Of a stretch of DNA of 64,000 nt, positions 50,886-63,848 are shown piece after piece. Each line of letters begins with the position of its first letter. Within the stretch, counting starts at the first letter, position 1. The stretch comes from Phoronis australis (Eukaryota > Animalia > Phoronida), in assembly GCA_002633005.1 (NCBI GenBank), contig NMRA01000312.1, forward strand, positions 62,001-126,000, in the 5' to 3' direction. Made by a program: the position numbers and the translations under genes. The notes beneath the pieces are model-generated. The model searched no databases. It was not told where the DNA came from and was given only the letters and a program-made list of their open reading frames with translations.

Positions 50886-51520
50886 CTGAAACAAAAATTT
50901 CAAATAAGGAATTTGTAATGAGTGATAAAAAGTGCAGCGATGGTTAGGCAGTGGAGTTGCGCAGTTTCATGTTCATGTTGAGGGAGAAGAAACAATCCAG
51001 TGGTCTGGCCCATGCATACTGAGGTCAACCAGTTGTGAATTAAATTGGACTAGTGCAACGTACCTGATCTTTGGTGTCAATGTTTACAGACCATTTCCAT
51101 TGGGTCTATGACGATTTTTTTAGATCATAATGTTCACAAAGTCAGACCATTGGATTTGAGAGAACATTATTTGCAAGTTTGGTAAAATCGTGATGGCAGT
51201 GCTGCATGGAGAGAAGCAATGGCCATGGTTTTCTCATTTATGACTAAAACTACGTGAAGCTATTCAAATCCCATAATATGGCTCTGAATGACTAAGTTCT
51301 ACATCTCAGTAACTTTATATTATGATATATTTGTTATTTTGCTGTGTAATGACCAGCAAAATTGTTATAGCTGCAGCTTTAACTTACTCACAAGCATTGG
51401 AACAAGTAGAGAACATTTGGTAAACCATGTCACCGCAAGTATTGAGTTTGTACAAAGAATATTGATTCCTACAATTAATATTTTGTACTACATGACACAG
51501 ATATTTTACATTCTCCATAC

Positions 51521-51715
51521 CAACATGCATCCATTTGTAATCTTCGTCAGCATACAGCCGATATCCAATTTTGTACGTCAGCGGTAAATCCTCATCGATG
51601 AAACCGTCACACAAGGTGTTGAACAATGTCTGCAGGGCTGTGCCGTTAGGTGGGTTAATGCTCCCTCTACCAACCCGAGGCGGCTTGTTGATGGTCGCTT
51701 CAAGTGTAGCCTGAC
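51521..51715 (-). CDS. PKD1-like exon (REJ)
   Basis: INKPPRVGRGSINPPNGTALQTLFNTLCDGFIDEDLPLTY. Confidence 0.92.
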
Positions 51716-52140
51716 CTGTATTATGTGAGTGAGAATGAGTTCAGCAAAAGTGAAATGTACACACAAATACTACAAGACAAAAGAAATCAGACAAAGCTCC
51801 CCTATCATGATCATGGCAACACCGACTGGTAATGACTATTACAACATGGCCGCCTTCATAACTCTCCTGTTATTTCCCCTTCAATGTCAGTCATAAAAGA
51901 AGGCTGCTTTGACAATGCACTTGGCTTCCATGCACCCAGCAGGAATTTGCTTGAAACTGATATCTTTTCCAATATTTAACATTAAATCCAAGTAAAACAA
52001 TCAATCATAAATTATACTATATTAGGTTCTTAAAATGATTAGTCAACTCCAAATTCCATATCACAAAAGAACAATGTAATGCAGCATTAAGTAGCATGAG
52101 TAGTGATTCACCATATGAATATGCTTCATAAGCCACTTAC

Positions 52141-52349
52141 CATAATTATCTGGGTTACTGCCCTGTCGATAAACACGCACAGAAATGAAGAATCTCTTCT
52201 TAATGTCCTCTGGATGAGTGAAAAAGTTTGCGTAGATACCGAGATTGGCCGTTTGTAAACCTGTTGATGTCTGATTGGACCAAAACTCACCAGGGGTCTC
52301 CTTAGCATCTGTGTATTTTTGATCAAGTTCAGCCGACAAAAGACTCCAT
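52141..52349 (-). CDS. PKD1-like exon (REJ)
   Basis: WSLLSAELD...TSTGLQTANLGIYANFF...ISVRV. Confidence 0.88.
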
Positions 52350-53026
52350 CTGCAGAAAAGTACAACTGATTGAAACTAGAACAGTTCTAAGCAACCAATC
52401 AAATTCATGACATTACAAATTCACTTAAAATTTAAGGATCACAAGGTGACGGGTGCAACGCTTACAGCACAGAAACGAAGGTAAACAACTACACCTAAAT
52501 TGGTGTTAGGGGCGCACTGATTTGCATGAGAATTCACTCATGGAACATGTCTGCAAAATTTCATGAACATCTACCAAAGATTTTGGAGATATAGCAGCAG
52601 ACGCTGAATGGACAGGCATTTTAGGCTTGGAGGGGGTATGTAGTCCACATAGTGGCTTAGAATTTTGCGAATGGTTGTAAATCACAGGTGCGATTCACAC
52701 ACAATAGGCCTCTTGAAATTTTCATCAAAGATAAGTGAAAGCAGTTCTTTGTGAGCCCTGCTCTTAGTCATACAACTGTCTTAAGTTGTTCTGTGCAACT
52801 AAACACAGCTTAACAAAGGGTTTATGGTCCTGGTTGAGAAGATAGGTGTTTTATTACCTCCATGTGGATTATGAACAGCCAAGTCCAAAATGCGGGTAAG
52901 ACAAAATTGTAATGCTCCCACACATAACATGTGATAAAATTGTATAATGCTTACAATAAAAGCTTATTATATAAGTGGGGAGGAAACGTCATTTTAGAGT
53001 CAATAAAACAAATTTCAAATGCTTAC

Positions 53027-53140
53027 TGGTAGACATAAGCCACGCCTCGTCTGCTATTCTTCACAAATGACTGGAGACTCACTTTCATATCAGGGTTAAA
53101 CTTGGGTATGTTGTCCTTCTTACGACAGTTGGCAGCACAC
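53027..53140 (-). CDS. PKD1-like exon (REJ)
   Basis: CAANCRKKDNIPKFNPDMKVSLQS...YVY; phases 2/2. Confidence 0.85.
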
Positions 53141-53950
53141 CTGACAGTGTTCAGGGGTTGAAAGTTATTTGAAGTTGACAAAACACAAAATCACATGATT
53201 GTACAATCTTAGTATTCATTTTTTATCACATTCCACAGAAAATTAAACTCAAAACGTTTTGTTAGAAAACTAATAGCAGAGTGTTGATTTACAAACTCTC
53301 AACAAATTGTAGACTAGTTCAGTCAAATGAAATAAAGCAAAGCTGCGACTGTGAGTATAATGTGTAATACAAAAAAATATTCACACAAAATGACCCAGAG
53401 TTTCACATCATGATGGCTCGTCTGAATTCTAACTTATCATTATCATAGTCTTCCTTGGCGACTGAGAATGGAGGGGAACAAACAGGAAAGTTAATTAGCA
53501 AGGTGTCTTTTAGTCATTCTGCAATTAGAATTTTGTCAACCTTGTAGTTATTAACAGTCATTTTTGCTGTTAACAGATTTAGCTGCCATGACGGGGAAAC
53601 TACATGTCTGATTACTTTTGTCTAGTACTATCTAATGTAACTCCGATGGTAATTCAACTCCATTGATCATTCAGCTTTAAAGCATAAATTAAGTACATTG
53701 AATTCACTTAATTCTCCATATGCTAGCAGATTCAAGATCATTTTGTGTTTTTATCTCTGTCAGATCGGCATGACCTGACAACAAAACTTTAAATCAAGCG
53801 TAATGCCAATTGAGATAATTGAATGTTAGCTAATTGCTATGACAACAACCGCTATATCCAAAGAACCCTGAAAAGCACCATCCAATACAATTTGAAAATC
53901 ATAGTTACAGAGACAGTTCCAGCCCAACTCATGCCTTAGTCTCGACTCAC

Positions 53951-54116
53951 GTAATTTCCACTTCAGGAGATGGTCCGTCTGTGATCTCCAGGAACTGTGA
54001 CACAGTCACTTTCCTGTCGTCTTTTCTGATAACTACCTTGATCTCGAGGGTGTCTCGTTCATACGTATTGTACAAGTCCATAAAGAATGTACTACCTGTG
54101 TTGTTAGCCATCAAAC
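53951..54116 (-). CDS. PKD1-like exon (REJ)
   Basis: EIKVVIRKDDRKVTVSQFLEITDGPSPEVEI. Confidence 0.88.
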
Positions 54117-54395
54117 CTGCAGTTTATAACAAAATGACTTCAAATCTACAACATGGCTCAAGGTGCCACATTTAATGTTAAATTCCAATTTTGGCAGATA
54201 CAATTTTCTCCTAGTCCGTTGTAACAAGTAACTTATTTCTGCCCAACATCCAGGTTAGTCTCTGGAAATGGAGTCTGGGATGCACTTAATATTTTTCGGA
54301 GACATGCAAAACATAAATATCAAATTCTTCTACAGGAAATAGTAATTTAGCAAAGAAATTCCAAAATTGTTATTTTTCTATGATTTTCAAAGGCT

Positions 54396-56774
54396 AAACA
54401 ATAAAGCGCTCGGAGGAGCGACACTTGGCAAAATTATGCGAAAACAGGACGATGGGGAGGAGGAGGACGACGATCATGATGACTAGCGAAAAATGAAAAA
54501 TATCTTATGAAAGCCCGTTTAAAACTGTATCAAACTGTACAGATTTCTGATCGGTTAATGTACATGGCAAGAAATTCCCGGCACACAAAACTATTTGCAA
54601 ATAACGCCAAATTTGACAATTTTCTCCTTGAAATAACCACTTCCCTGCAAGTGCTAGAAAAAGTCTGACTACAGATTCGGAATGCTCGTCCTCTCTAGAT
54701 TCTAACTATGTGGCCATACTAAGCCCCTTATCAGCTACTTTTTTTAGAAAATCTGATCTGCCTGACAGCCACCTGAAATCGCACCCCGTTTCTCGGACAG
54801 CAGACGACAGGGGTGCAAATGACAGCCACCAGTTTGCATCAAAAGTAGGTAAAACTTGGCTTTTCTCATTCAAAAGCACAAGTAAATAAGTTTCCTGGCA
54901 ATTGTTGTCAACAATTTCCTCAAACCACCCGCCAAACCTGACACACGCCCTCAACATAAATTCTAGAGACTAGAAAATGCTAAGTGGCCGCGGCCTGACT
55001 ATTCAGTGCTACGTACAGTCTTGAGCGACAATAGGCAAAATTAACGACGAAGATGATTGTGATGATGAAGGTGGCGATGATGAACAACATCATAACATTC
55101 ATACGACGAACTTAGATGTCATAAATTAGTAAGAAATAAGCTACAGTCTTGTTCAAATAAACTAAACCAAAATCAATGCATTAAGAGCGCTCAACAAAGG
55201 AACAACGCTATCAGAAAATCTCAAATAATTTGAAAAGTAGACATCCTAGCAAAAATGGAAAAGATCTTCTGAAAGCTCGTTCCAAATTCTATCTAAATTG
55301 ATAGTTTCGCAACATTCCATAATTTTTTCAAAAAAATTGAAATTTTGCGTTTTTTTTTAAATCAAAGTCAAATAACTCGAAAACGGTAAGTCTGAGAATG
55401 ACGTTATTGCAGAACTTTTGAAAGAGCATACTTCAAGGAATCCACATGCAACAATTCACGTCATTTGCTCTTCCCGTTAAAAATGCGACCACAGAACGAT
55501 TGAAAATGGTTGAAAATGCGCCATCTTGAAAATGACTTCCGGTTTGACAAAATTTTATAAAAGCTGATCGAATGCAAAAAACACGTGACCATTTTGAAAA
55601 TGATTGGTTCACCAATGTGCCCTCTACAGGAGAAAACGTTTTCGGCCAGTTATCGAGGTGCGCATGCACCATCGTCAATATTTCCGCCACCTTTAACCGG
55701 AAGCCAACATTTTTCGGCACATTTGTAGCACACGTGTTCTACAATAATCCTACTAAGTTTCAGCACTGTACATCAAAAAATGCAGCCTCTATGAGCATTC
55801 GAATGTGAAATCGGAAACAAAATGGCCACCACATCCGCCATCTTGAATCCGATCATGACTAAAACCAATAGGCTTCCAGGACTTTCCAATCTACACGTCG
55901 TGTGCAAATTTCGTGAACATCGGACGAAAATTGTGACCTGTAGGGAGCGAACAAACAAAAATGATCGATGAGCCATGCTTTGTTCCATAATCCAAAATAG
56001 GTGGCGCTATGTGACAGGGTAGGAACAGCGCTATCGGAAAATCCTGAATGATTCAAAAAGTTGACGTTGTAGCGAAAAATGGAAAATATTTTCTGAAAAC
56101 CTGTTCAAAACTACCTACTTTGACAATTTTGCAACATTCCATAACTTTTTCGAAAAAAATTAAATTTTGCGTTTTTTTGAGATTCAAAGTCAAATAACTC
56201 AAAAATGGTAAGTCTGAGAAAAACGCTATCGCAGAAGTTTTGAAAGAGCATACTTCAAGGAATCCACAGGCAAAAATTCACGTCATTTGCTCTTCCCGTT
56301 AAAAACGCGACCACAGAACGATTGAAAACGTGTGAACACGCGCCACAGCCGCCATCTTGAAACTGACTTCTTCGCAAATGCGCCCTCTGGAGGAGAAAAT
56401 GTTTTTGGCCAGATATCGGGGTGCGCATGCACCACTTCCAATATTTCCGCCATCTTTGACCGGAAGTCAACGATTTTCGGCACAGTGGTAGCACATGTGT
56501 TCTATAATAATCGTACCACATTTCAGCCCTGCGCGTCGAAAAAATGCGGCCTCTACGAGCATTTGACTGTGAAATCGGAAACCAAATGGCCACCACATCC
56601 GCCATTTTGAATCTGATCATGACCAAAACCAATAGCGTTCCAGTACTTCCCGATCTACACGTCGTGTGCAAATTTTGTGAAAATCGGATGAAAATTGCGA
56701 CCTGTAGAGAGAGAACAAAAAAAAACTTGCTGTCAGACCAACATACTTGTCAGAAGAATTCTGCCAAGTAATAA
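54396..56774 (-). mobile_element. non-autonomous Helentron/HINE (DINE-1-like) element with internal ~820-bp tandem units
   Basis: Sub-terminal inverted repeats ACTTGGCA (54423-54430) / TGCCAAGT (56762-56769), hairpin 56744-56770, GC stem-loop CGCTC-GGAG-GAGCG (54407-54420), T-rich ends on -. Units start at ~55199 and ~56022. Confidence 0.7.
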
Positions 56775-56901
56775 ACGCAAATCATGCATATAATGAAACA
56801 AAAGCTTCTTCAAACATTTGTTTTTGCGAAGAATTTTGACTTTATGCTACAATGGGCATGATTCTGTCACTCCCTGTAACTGACTGAGTTTAAGTTTCAT
56901 C

Positions 56902-57017
56902 ACTTGTTGCTGGGCCTCGCCAGGTGGCCACTAAATTGTCTCTTCATCTAATGATGGTGTTTGAATAAATGACACCGAAACATGTCAAGTCATTTTAAAA
57001 CCATAGTTGTTTTTATT
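56902..57017 (+). mobile_element. solo Penelope pLTR (family B) with mutated hammerhead core
   Basis: Matches ~30644-30753. The core reads CTAATGA instead of CTGATGA, with intact stem II GGTGT/ACACC and GAAACATGTC. Confidence 0.75.
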
Positions 57018-57170
57018 GTCATAGGGGACACTTGTGATTGCTCCATCAGGGCACTAGAAAAGTGATTGAGAAAGGTGCAATCAACTCAGGTTGCTTGCTT
57101 GAATATTGTGTGTTGTGTAAATGAAGGTTAATAAAATATACCTTAGATGATTGATAAAAATTTCCAGTAC

Positions 57171-60100
57171 CTGAAGAGTTGTACATATCCACTGTCGAGC
57201 ACCCACCCACATCTCCCGTAGGTGCAAAGTACGTGCAGTTGGTTGTGAATTCCTTCGTGATCTCCGTGTAGTCTTTGTTAAATTCCGGCCACTGCTCGCA
57301 TGTCCGTCGACACAGCCAAAGAAATGTGAACCCAGACAGGTCTGTAGGGTCTGACATATCTGGGTCTCTCGTGCTATCTACAATCGCGTTGAACAAGACT
57401 GTCGTACCCCACATCTTCCTCACGGTCAGGCCGCCCTCCACCCCTCCTGAGAGCGGCGTTTTGCATACTCTGATAAACACACAGTCAACATTCTCAATGT
57501 TAATTTCCTGATCCATGGAAACATTCAAGCAGATCTTGTACAAACCATATGGCATGTATCTTTTAGGTGCTTCCAGCGTCGTCAGCTTGGTGGAATATGT
57601 TTCAACCATGCCCATGTCATAAGGAGTCTCTTCAAGCGTTTCATCATTGACGGATGAAACGTCCCAGCGATAGTGAGCAATCTTCGTTGACTTGCAGTTG
57701 AGCGTGACATGCGATGGAATGACAAACTTCTTTGACTTCTGTATCATCTTGTATTTAGACTTGTCGCAGAAGGGGGGCTGGCAGCTGTTGGGATTCTGCA
57801 GGTCTACCACAGGCCATGAACAAGGGCCGCGTGTGATGCCAATGAAGAGTATGGAGTTTTCATTCGACACCTGATTCTGAGCATACAAGCGGATTGTGTA
57901 TGTGCCGATGTTTTGAAAGTTGTTATAAACGGTGACATTGGGTTCATAAGTCGGAGAGGCTTCACGGATGTCTTCGAAATCTTTTGCTGAATAGGATTCG
58001 AAACGAGCAGATGGATTTTCAAACTCTAATGGAAAGCTATTCTTGCATTGAGTTTTGTTTCCTAGAAACAATAAATGACCATCTAAAGAGGAGACATCGA
58101 CAAAATTAATAAAGTAGCAGGCATCTGTTCCGATGGTGCCAGCGCTCACTTGGAATGGTGTGGAGACATTACGTGAGCGCGGTGTAGTTGTAAAGATGCC
58201 ACTGTTCTTGATCGACCGTTGGATAGTAATGGTGCGTTCTGCATAAGCCTCACTCAACAGATTAGTTGCATTTACCTTAATAGTATAGGTACCTGGATTC
58301 TCGTATTTGTGAACTATAGTCTTCTCGTTGTACACCTCCTCAGTTTTACCGTCGCCAAAATCCCACAAGAACGTGATTAGTGAACCACGATCCATTGTTG
58401 CTTCAAGCAATAAATCCGACTCCAAATGGAAGTATTCATCAACACCGTTAAAACTACTGATGATACCTGGGGTCAAAGAGGAGTCTTCAGCCTGCTCGTT
58501 GATGTTGCCTATCGCCATATTAACTATATCCTCAAAAACGCCGTGAGTAAAGTTGAATGTACCATTGGAGACTAAGTTTTCTAATTTAAGCTGAACAGTA
58601 AAGAGGTCACCAAAAAAGTAAGTATGGCAGATTTTAAAAACGTGATGTTGACACATTTCTGGGGCCATTGAGTTATTCAAACACATGAAGTTTCCTGCAG
58701 GAAGATCTTGTCCATGAGTTGATGAATTACTGCCATCACCGAAGTCAACAATAAAGGTCACATTTGTTGGAAAATCAAACAAGACGTCCCTGAAAATGTC
58801 AAAACATATTTCTATCTGCCAATCTGGTTCGGAAATCAAGGTTTCGTTCTTGTCACCAACGATCGTGAATTCATAAATAGGTTTCTGGACGATAATGGGT
58901 AATTCAAGGGTAGTGTTAACAACACCGACAGAGTTGTTGGTAATCACCATGACATCGTATACGCCTACAATATTAAAAGTGTGCATCTGGCAATTGAGGC
59001 CAACAGGGTCGTAAGGTGCGATATCACGGGAGGTGTTATCGCGATAATCCCAGGTAATATCCAGTCGACTCCCCCAAGTCATTGTCACACACAATGTGGA
59101 ATTCTCAAAGATTTTCACATACAACACGCTTTCGTTTACCACCAAACCTTGCACTGCTTGATCAACGACGACTTGCAATTCAAAGAACATGTGACTGACG
59201 AAGTTCGATATGTTCAATGTGATGTTGTATGTTCCAAAAGCTTCATAAGCATGCGTAGTGAGCACGTCATCAATGGCTGGTTGACCACTGATAGATGTTG
59301 GAGTTGTACTATTACTAGTGCTGTTAATGACAGTTATGCTGTTTAGGTTGAGCACTGTGGATGTTGTCTGTGTGTAGTTGAAAACCATTCCAAATGAATC
59401 ATTGAAGAAACCACCGTCACCAAATTCATAACTGAAAAATGCGTCCGTAGGAAGTGGGTCAACAATGTAATTGCCGATGTAAAAGATTGAAAACAGCATT
59501 TCAGCAGGTCCCTCAGGAAATACAGGAATAGGGGAGTTGGTGGTGACACCTAGCTGTTTCACCGGGAACTGAACGGTGACGTTACGGCACATGGTCACAT
59601 TGCTAACCTGATTAATGACAGACAAACAGACATTGTAATGACGAACGTCCACAAAAATGTGCTCAAACTGGATCAAATCTCCCGTAAGCATGTCGTATCT
59701 GTACTCATAATCTTTTGCGTTGTCGTGATCGTAGTCCAGAAAGACATCAATCCGAGAGCCATTTGCCATGGTGACATTGAACAGTATGGCTTCATAAGGA
59801 CGCACGTACGATGTGTTAAGTATGATGTCAACGTCAGTGATTATATATTCGACCCAAACGGTGAATGTGTCTGTCAAATTAAACGGAGGTACGAGATTCC
59901 ATGCATCCACAGAGAGATTATGTGGGCCCGTGACAAGGTAGTCTTGTTCTTCCAGTGTAACATTCCCGGGTTCAAACTCGCTCATTATGAACAGCCGTGT
60001 CTTGTTTCCGTTGAATGAAGACGAGAAGGTAACAGCAGAGCCTGCGCCTAAAGTGATGGGAATGACGTCGAAATCGTGGAACGGGATTGGCTCGATGGGA

Positions 60101-60242
60101 ATGATTGACAAGTTGGTGAGTGGCACCTGAATGGGTAGATATGTCTCGTTGATACTGACACTGCTTATACGGTTGAATACCGTCACTGACATGGTATAGT
60201 TCCCTATGTCGGCATAGATGTAGTCAAATGAAGCATGGAATA
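57171..60242 (-). CDS. PKD1-like giant exon (3072 bp): multiple PKD repeats and start of REJ
   Basis: WDFGDG, VDFGDG, YEFGDG and WDYRD motifs, HKYENPGTYTIKVNATN, and REJ-type TRDPD...FTFLWLCR. Phase-1 ends match the neighbouring exons. Confidence 0.95.
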
Positions 60243-60758
60243 CTGAAAATAAAGACAGAATACATGTTTGAACATTAGTCAAGCTTATTCATTTTATCAG
60301 TGTTCTCAATGTAATCCTACTTCTTCCTATTAACATCACCACCACCACCAGCATCACTATAACAGTAACATGGTTGACTCCATATTCACTAGGTGCTTCT
60401 AATGAACAAAAGTGACCATTTTGACTTATACTGAGGAGTGGAAAGCTGCAGTTCATAAGCAAGGGGAAATATATTGCTCCAAAGAGACTACTTAAATTGA
60501 CATATTAGTAAGGGTAGGACCATTGAATCATTAGCACTACGAAGAGAATTTCAAGTCATCCATTATAGTCCAGGATTGTTGCATACAGGAAACCTAAAAA
60601 TTGCAAAGACACCAGAACCGCACTAGAAAGCATTACAAAACAGTATTTTAATGAAAACTTAGATAAGAATCTCAATGTTAGATTATCGCACAACTAGCCA
60701 ACATAAAATCAAATATTTAACTAATAATATTGAAATATTAATTTCATGCTTTTCTTAC

Positions 60759-61022
60759 CCGAAGCATTGGCAAAGACTGCGAAGTCCACTAGAGTGGAGA
60801 CATTGAATTTGGTTACCGTCATCTCCATATAGGTTGGTGTTACATTATTCTGTGTTTCATTGACCCCTGATTCTTGGTTCACCACTGGGACCACCACGAC
60901 ATCATTCACAGTTGTGTTGGTGACGTTATAGGTGGGAAGCAGATTCTGGTTCATACCGTCCACTTCCTGTATTTCAAAGACTGTACCATCACCCATGTCA
61001 ACAAGGTATGTCACATTGGTGC
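60759..61022 (-). CDS. PKD1-like exon (PKD repeat with insert)
   Basis: GTNVTYLVDMGDGTV... Confidence 0.88.
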
Positions 61023-61863
61023 CTACAAAGAAACAATGACAGAGTCATTTCAGTCTACTACAAGTAAAATGTTGTCAATAGAAAAGTAGTGAAATTGTAT
61101 TAGTCATAATAAATGACCTTATATCGCCTACCCAGGGTTTGGTTTTAGCTCTGGTAACGAGCTTGCGACGCACGAACTATTATATATCATTCGGGACATA
61201 TGTCGATCATAAATAGAATTTTTACTAACCTTCCTCAAGCAAGGACTAACTAACTAAATTGAAATTTAATTGATATTTGCAAGATATTGATGACTTGACA
61301 TTGTTTGAAAAGCAGTGAAATTTTGATACTCAACAGTCAAATTCTCAGAGAGAAAGCGTGACACATGAGACATGCTAGGCTAAATGAATAAAGATACAGA
61401 ATTTCCAAGTTTAGTGCATAAAATTTTGTGGGCTCTATAAATTGAAGTTACATCTATCTCCGAGAAAATCATGACGATTTTTAGAAATAAGTTAGACACG
61501 AAATGAAAAACTTCACAGAATAATTATTGACATTAGTTATAATTACTGATTGAACGATATTTTTACAAAAATTATAAAATTAATGTACTTAGTTGTCCTT
61601 CAATACTCCTTGTAAACAATCCCATAAATGTCCAGTTAACGAGATACTTGAAGTGGTCAATTATTGCTTCTTCATAGTTATTCAAAATAACATGTTTTTT
61701 GGGGAAACATTCAAACCAAATATCAACACTGAGACTAAGCCTTGTTCAAGGTGAAATTATCAGGTGATCAATACACAGCCTGGGCAATGAAATAAAATCA
61801 ACAAACAGTGTTGTATTGTATTGAATTCTTCATCAATAACTTAATAATAGTTCCTAGTGTTAC

Positions 61864-61969
61864 CTTGATCAATATCCAACTGAATGTGTGTTGGGGTTTC
61901 ATATACTGTTGCAATGTACTGTGGAGTAATTGTCAAGTTTAGAATTTCATCTTGGACAACCACATACAA
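61864..61969 (-). CDS. PKD1-like exon (PKD repeat)
   Basis: LYVVVQDEILNLTITPQYIATVYETPTHIQLDIDQG; not in the ORF track. Confidence 0.85.
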
Positions 61970-62967
61970 CTGAAATAAAAGAAACAATCAAAACTTAAGC
62001 CCTAATGAACTCTGGATGAGGACTCGTGAATACGAACAATTTCCCTTTCTTCCACAAACTCGACAGGGATAGCTTCCAAAATGTTAACACATTGCATAAA
62101 TAACAAGATACCCAAAAACTGACTATGAATAAAAAAAATCAGACAAGAGATAAAAATCAAGTTTAAAATGTAAGACCTCAGAGAAATGTCCAATAATCGT
62201 TTCTAAGAGATGTCTAATTGGCTTCAAATGAAATTCTCAGATACTGTACTGTATGCACTGTTCTCCAATGTTAGAAATTGTTTGTCAAAGTGTTTGGCAT
62301 GAAGAGCTACCAAATATCCCTACTTTCAGGATTTTCATAAAATGAAAACAAAAGGATAATTTAGAGAACTGTAAGAGCACCTTCAACTTGAATATTTATA
62401 AAAGACAAAATTTATGTTATTGACATAGTCATCTTGCTGTGATTGTACTTTTCTTCTTTGGTACTAAATTTTAACAAAAAGATATGGTCACTTGACCCAA
62501 TTAATGGCAGATTAGTAAGTCTAATAAAAAATTCTACTACGTTTTTACTATCAGAAAATGTAGACAGTTTTGCACAGTTCAGGTTGACAGCTTTGAAAAT
62601 ATTTGGCTAAATGCACATATAATGTTCACCGAAAAGTAACTTAAAGTGCAAACTAAAGGATTTTGGTAAGTCACTTACAGGAGTACCACATTTTGAGCAC
62701 CAGTTTTCTCCACTGAAGAACAACCATTAACTGGTTCTCAAAATACGGGACCCCAGTAAGTGAGTATTGTTGGCTTTTGAACCAGACCAGTTAGCAACAG
62801 CAAAACAAAACTAACTAAAGGTTTAATTTAAATATCAGAGAATTTGAAAAAATACTTCAAAATTTTCTTAATTTTTCAATAAGACAATATTTGTCAATGA
62901 ATGCTTTAGAAAACATATTGTACTGAATAGTTTCGGAAACAACATGCATGTAAGAAGGTCTCCTCAC

Positions 62968-63161
62968 CATATCGCTCCAGGAAGTGACATCATTCCAGGC
63001 AACAATATCAACTCGGTAGACACCTGCCTCCTCATAGGTGTGGTTAGTGGTGGCGTTAGTCAGGAACGTAGTCTCATTCCCATCACCCCATGTCCAGTTG
63101 TAGAAATGGCTTGTACCCGGGTGGTCAGCCACAGTAAAGTTATGCACAACGTTGGTCGTCA
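62968..63161 (-). CDS. PKD1-like exon (PKD repeat)
   Basis: YNWTWGDGNET...HTYEEAGVYRVDIVAWNDVT. Confidence 0.92.
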
Positions 63162-63607
63162 CTATCTCGCAAAAAGGGCGATAACCATCAAATTGAAAGT
63201 CTTATACAAAGATGTAAATGTCAAATCGTCAGATAAAAATTATGCGATGATGTGGCTTACTCTTAATTGTATAAAAATCAAATTCAAGATAATTTTATCA
63301 ACTTTTGCAGTGATTATGTTTTGACCAACAGAGGCATTAACAGCAATTTTATGACCGAAACCAAATTTAACATTCTGTAGTTAGTATTTTTGTTTGTAGG
63401 CAAAATATAGCTCAAATCTGACTTAAATTAAACTGTTTTTAAGGTATTTATGAGTAAGTTGTTTAGGACGACATTAACAGACTTTGCCTAATCCATTATC
63501 TGCTAACTGGAGGTACAATCTGGTACAAGAGTCATTAATTGTTCTGTTTCAGAATAGCTTTAAAAAATCATACTCAAAGCTGCATTTTGCCTCTGTTTAA
63601 CTCTTAA

Positions 63608-63664
63608 TGAGTCTAACAGCACATCACATCATTGCAATGAGTCTAACAGCACATCACATCATTG
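63608..63664. repeat. 30-bp tandem duplication
   Basis: ATGAGTCTAACAGCACATCACATCATTG twice. Confidence 0.9.
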
Positions 63665-63848
63665 GAATGTATGATTCTCACAGAAGGAAGGCACAAGTGC
63701 TGTCTAATATGACGTCTAACCATAAGAAGGCAGATCAGATTCCGATGAGCGGTCACGTGTGAAACTTTTTCCAGACAGCGGATCAGACATCTGATCTGCT
63801 TTCTGATTGGACAGCGTGGGAATGTTGTATTGCAAGATATTAGCTCAC

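Noticed and set aside
55433-56771. ORFs within the ~820-bp tandem units
   Set aside because: Frames are not preserved between the two units and no domain is recognisable.
57140-57141. Alternative donor for the giant exon
   Set aside because: It is phase 0 and incompatible with the phase-1 acceptor at 54116.
57275-60018. Plus-strand ORFs overlapping PKD exons (also 21720, 32050, 38449, 49446)
   Set aside because: They are antisense shadows of the real minus-strand coding exons.
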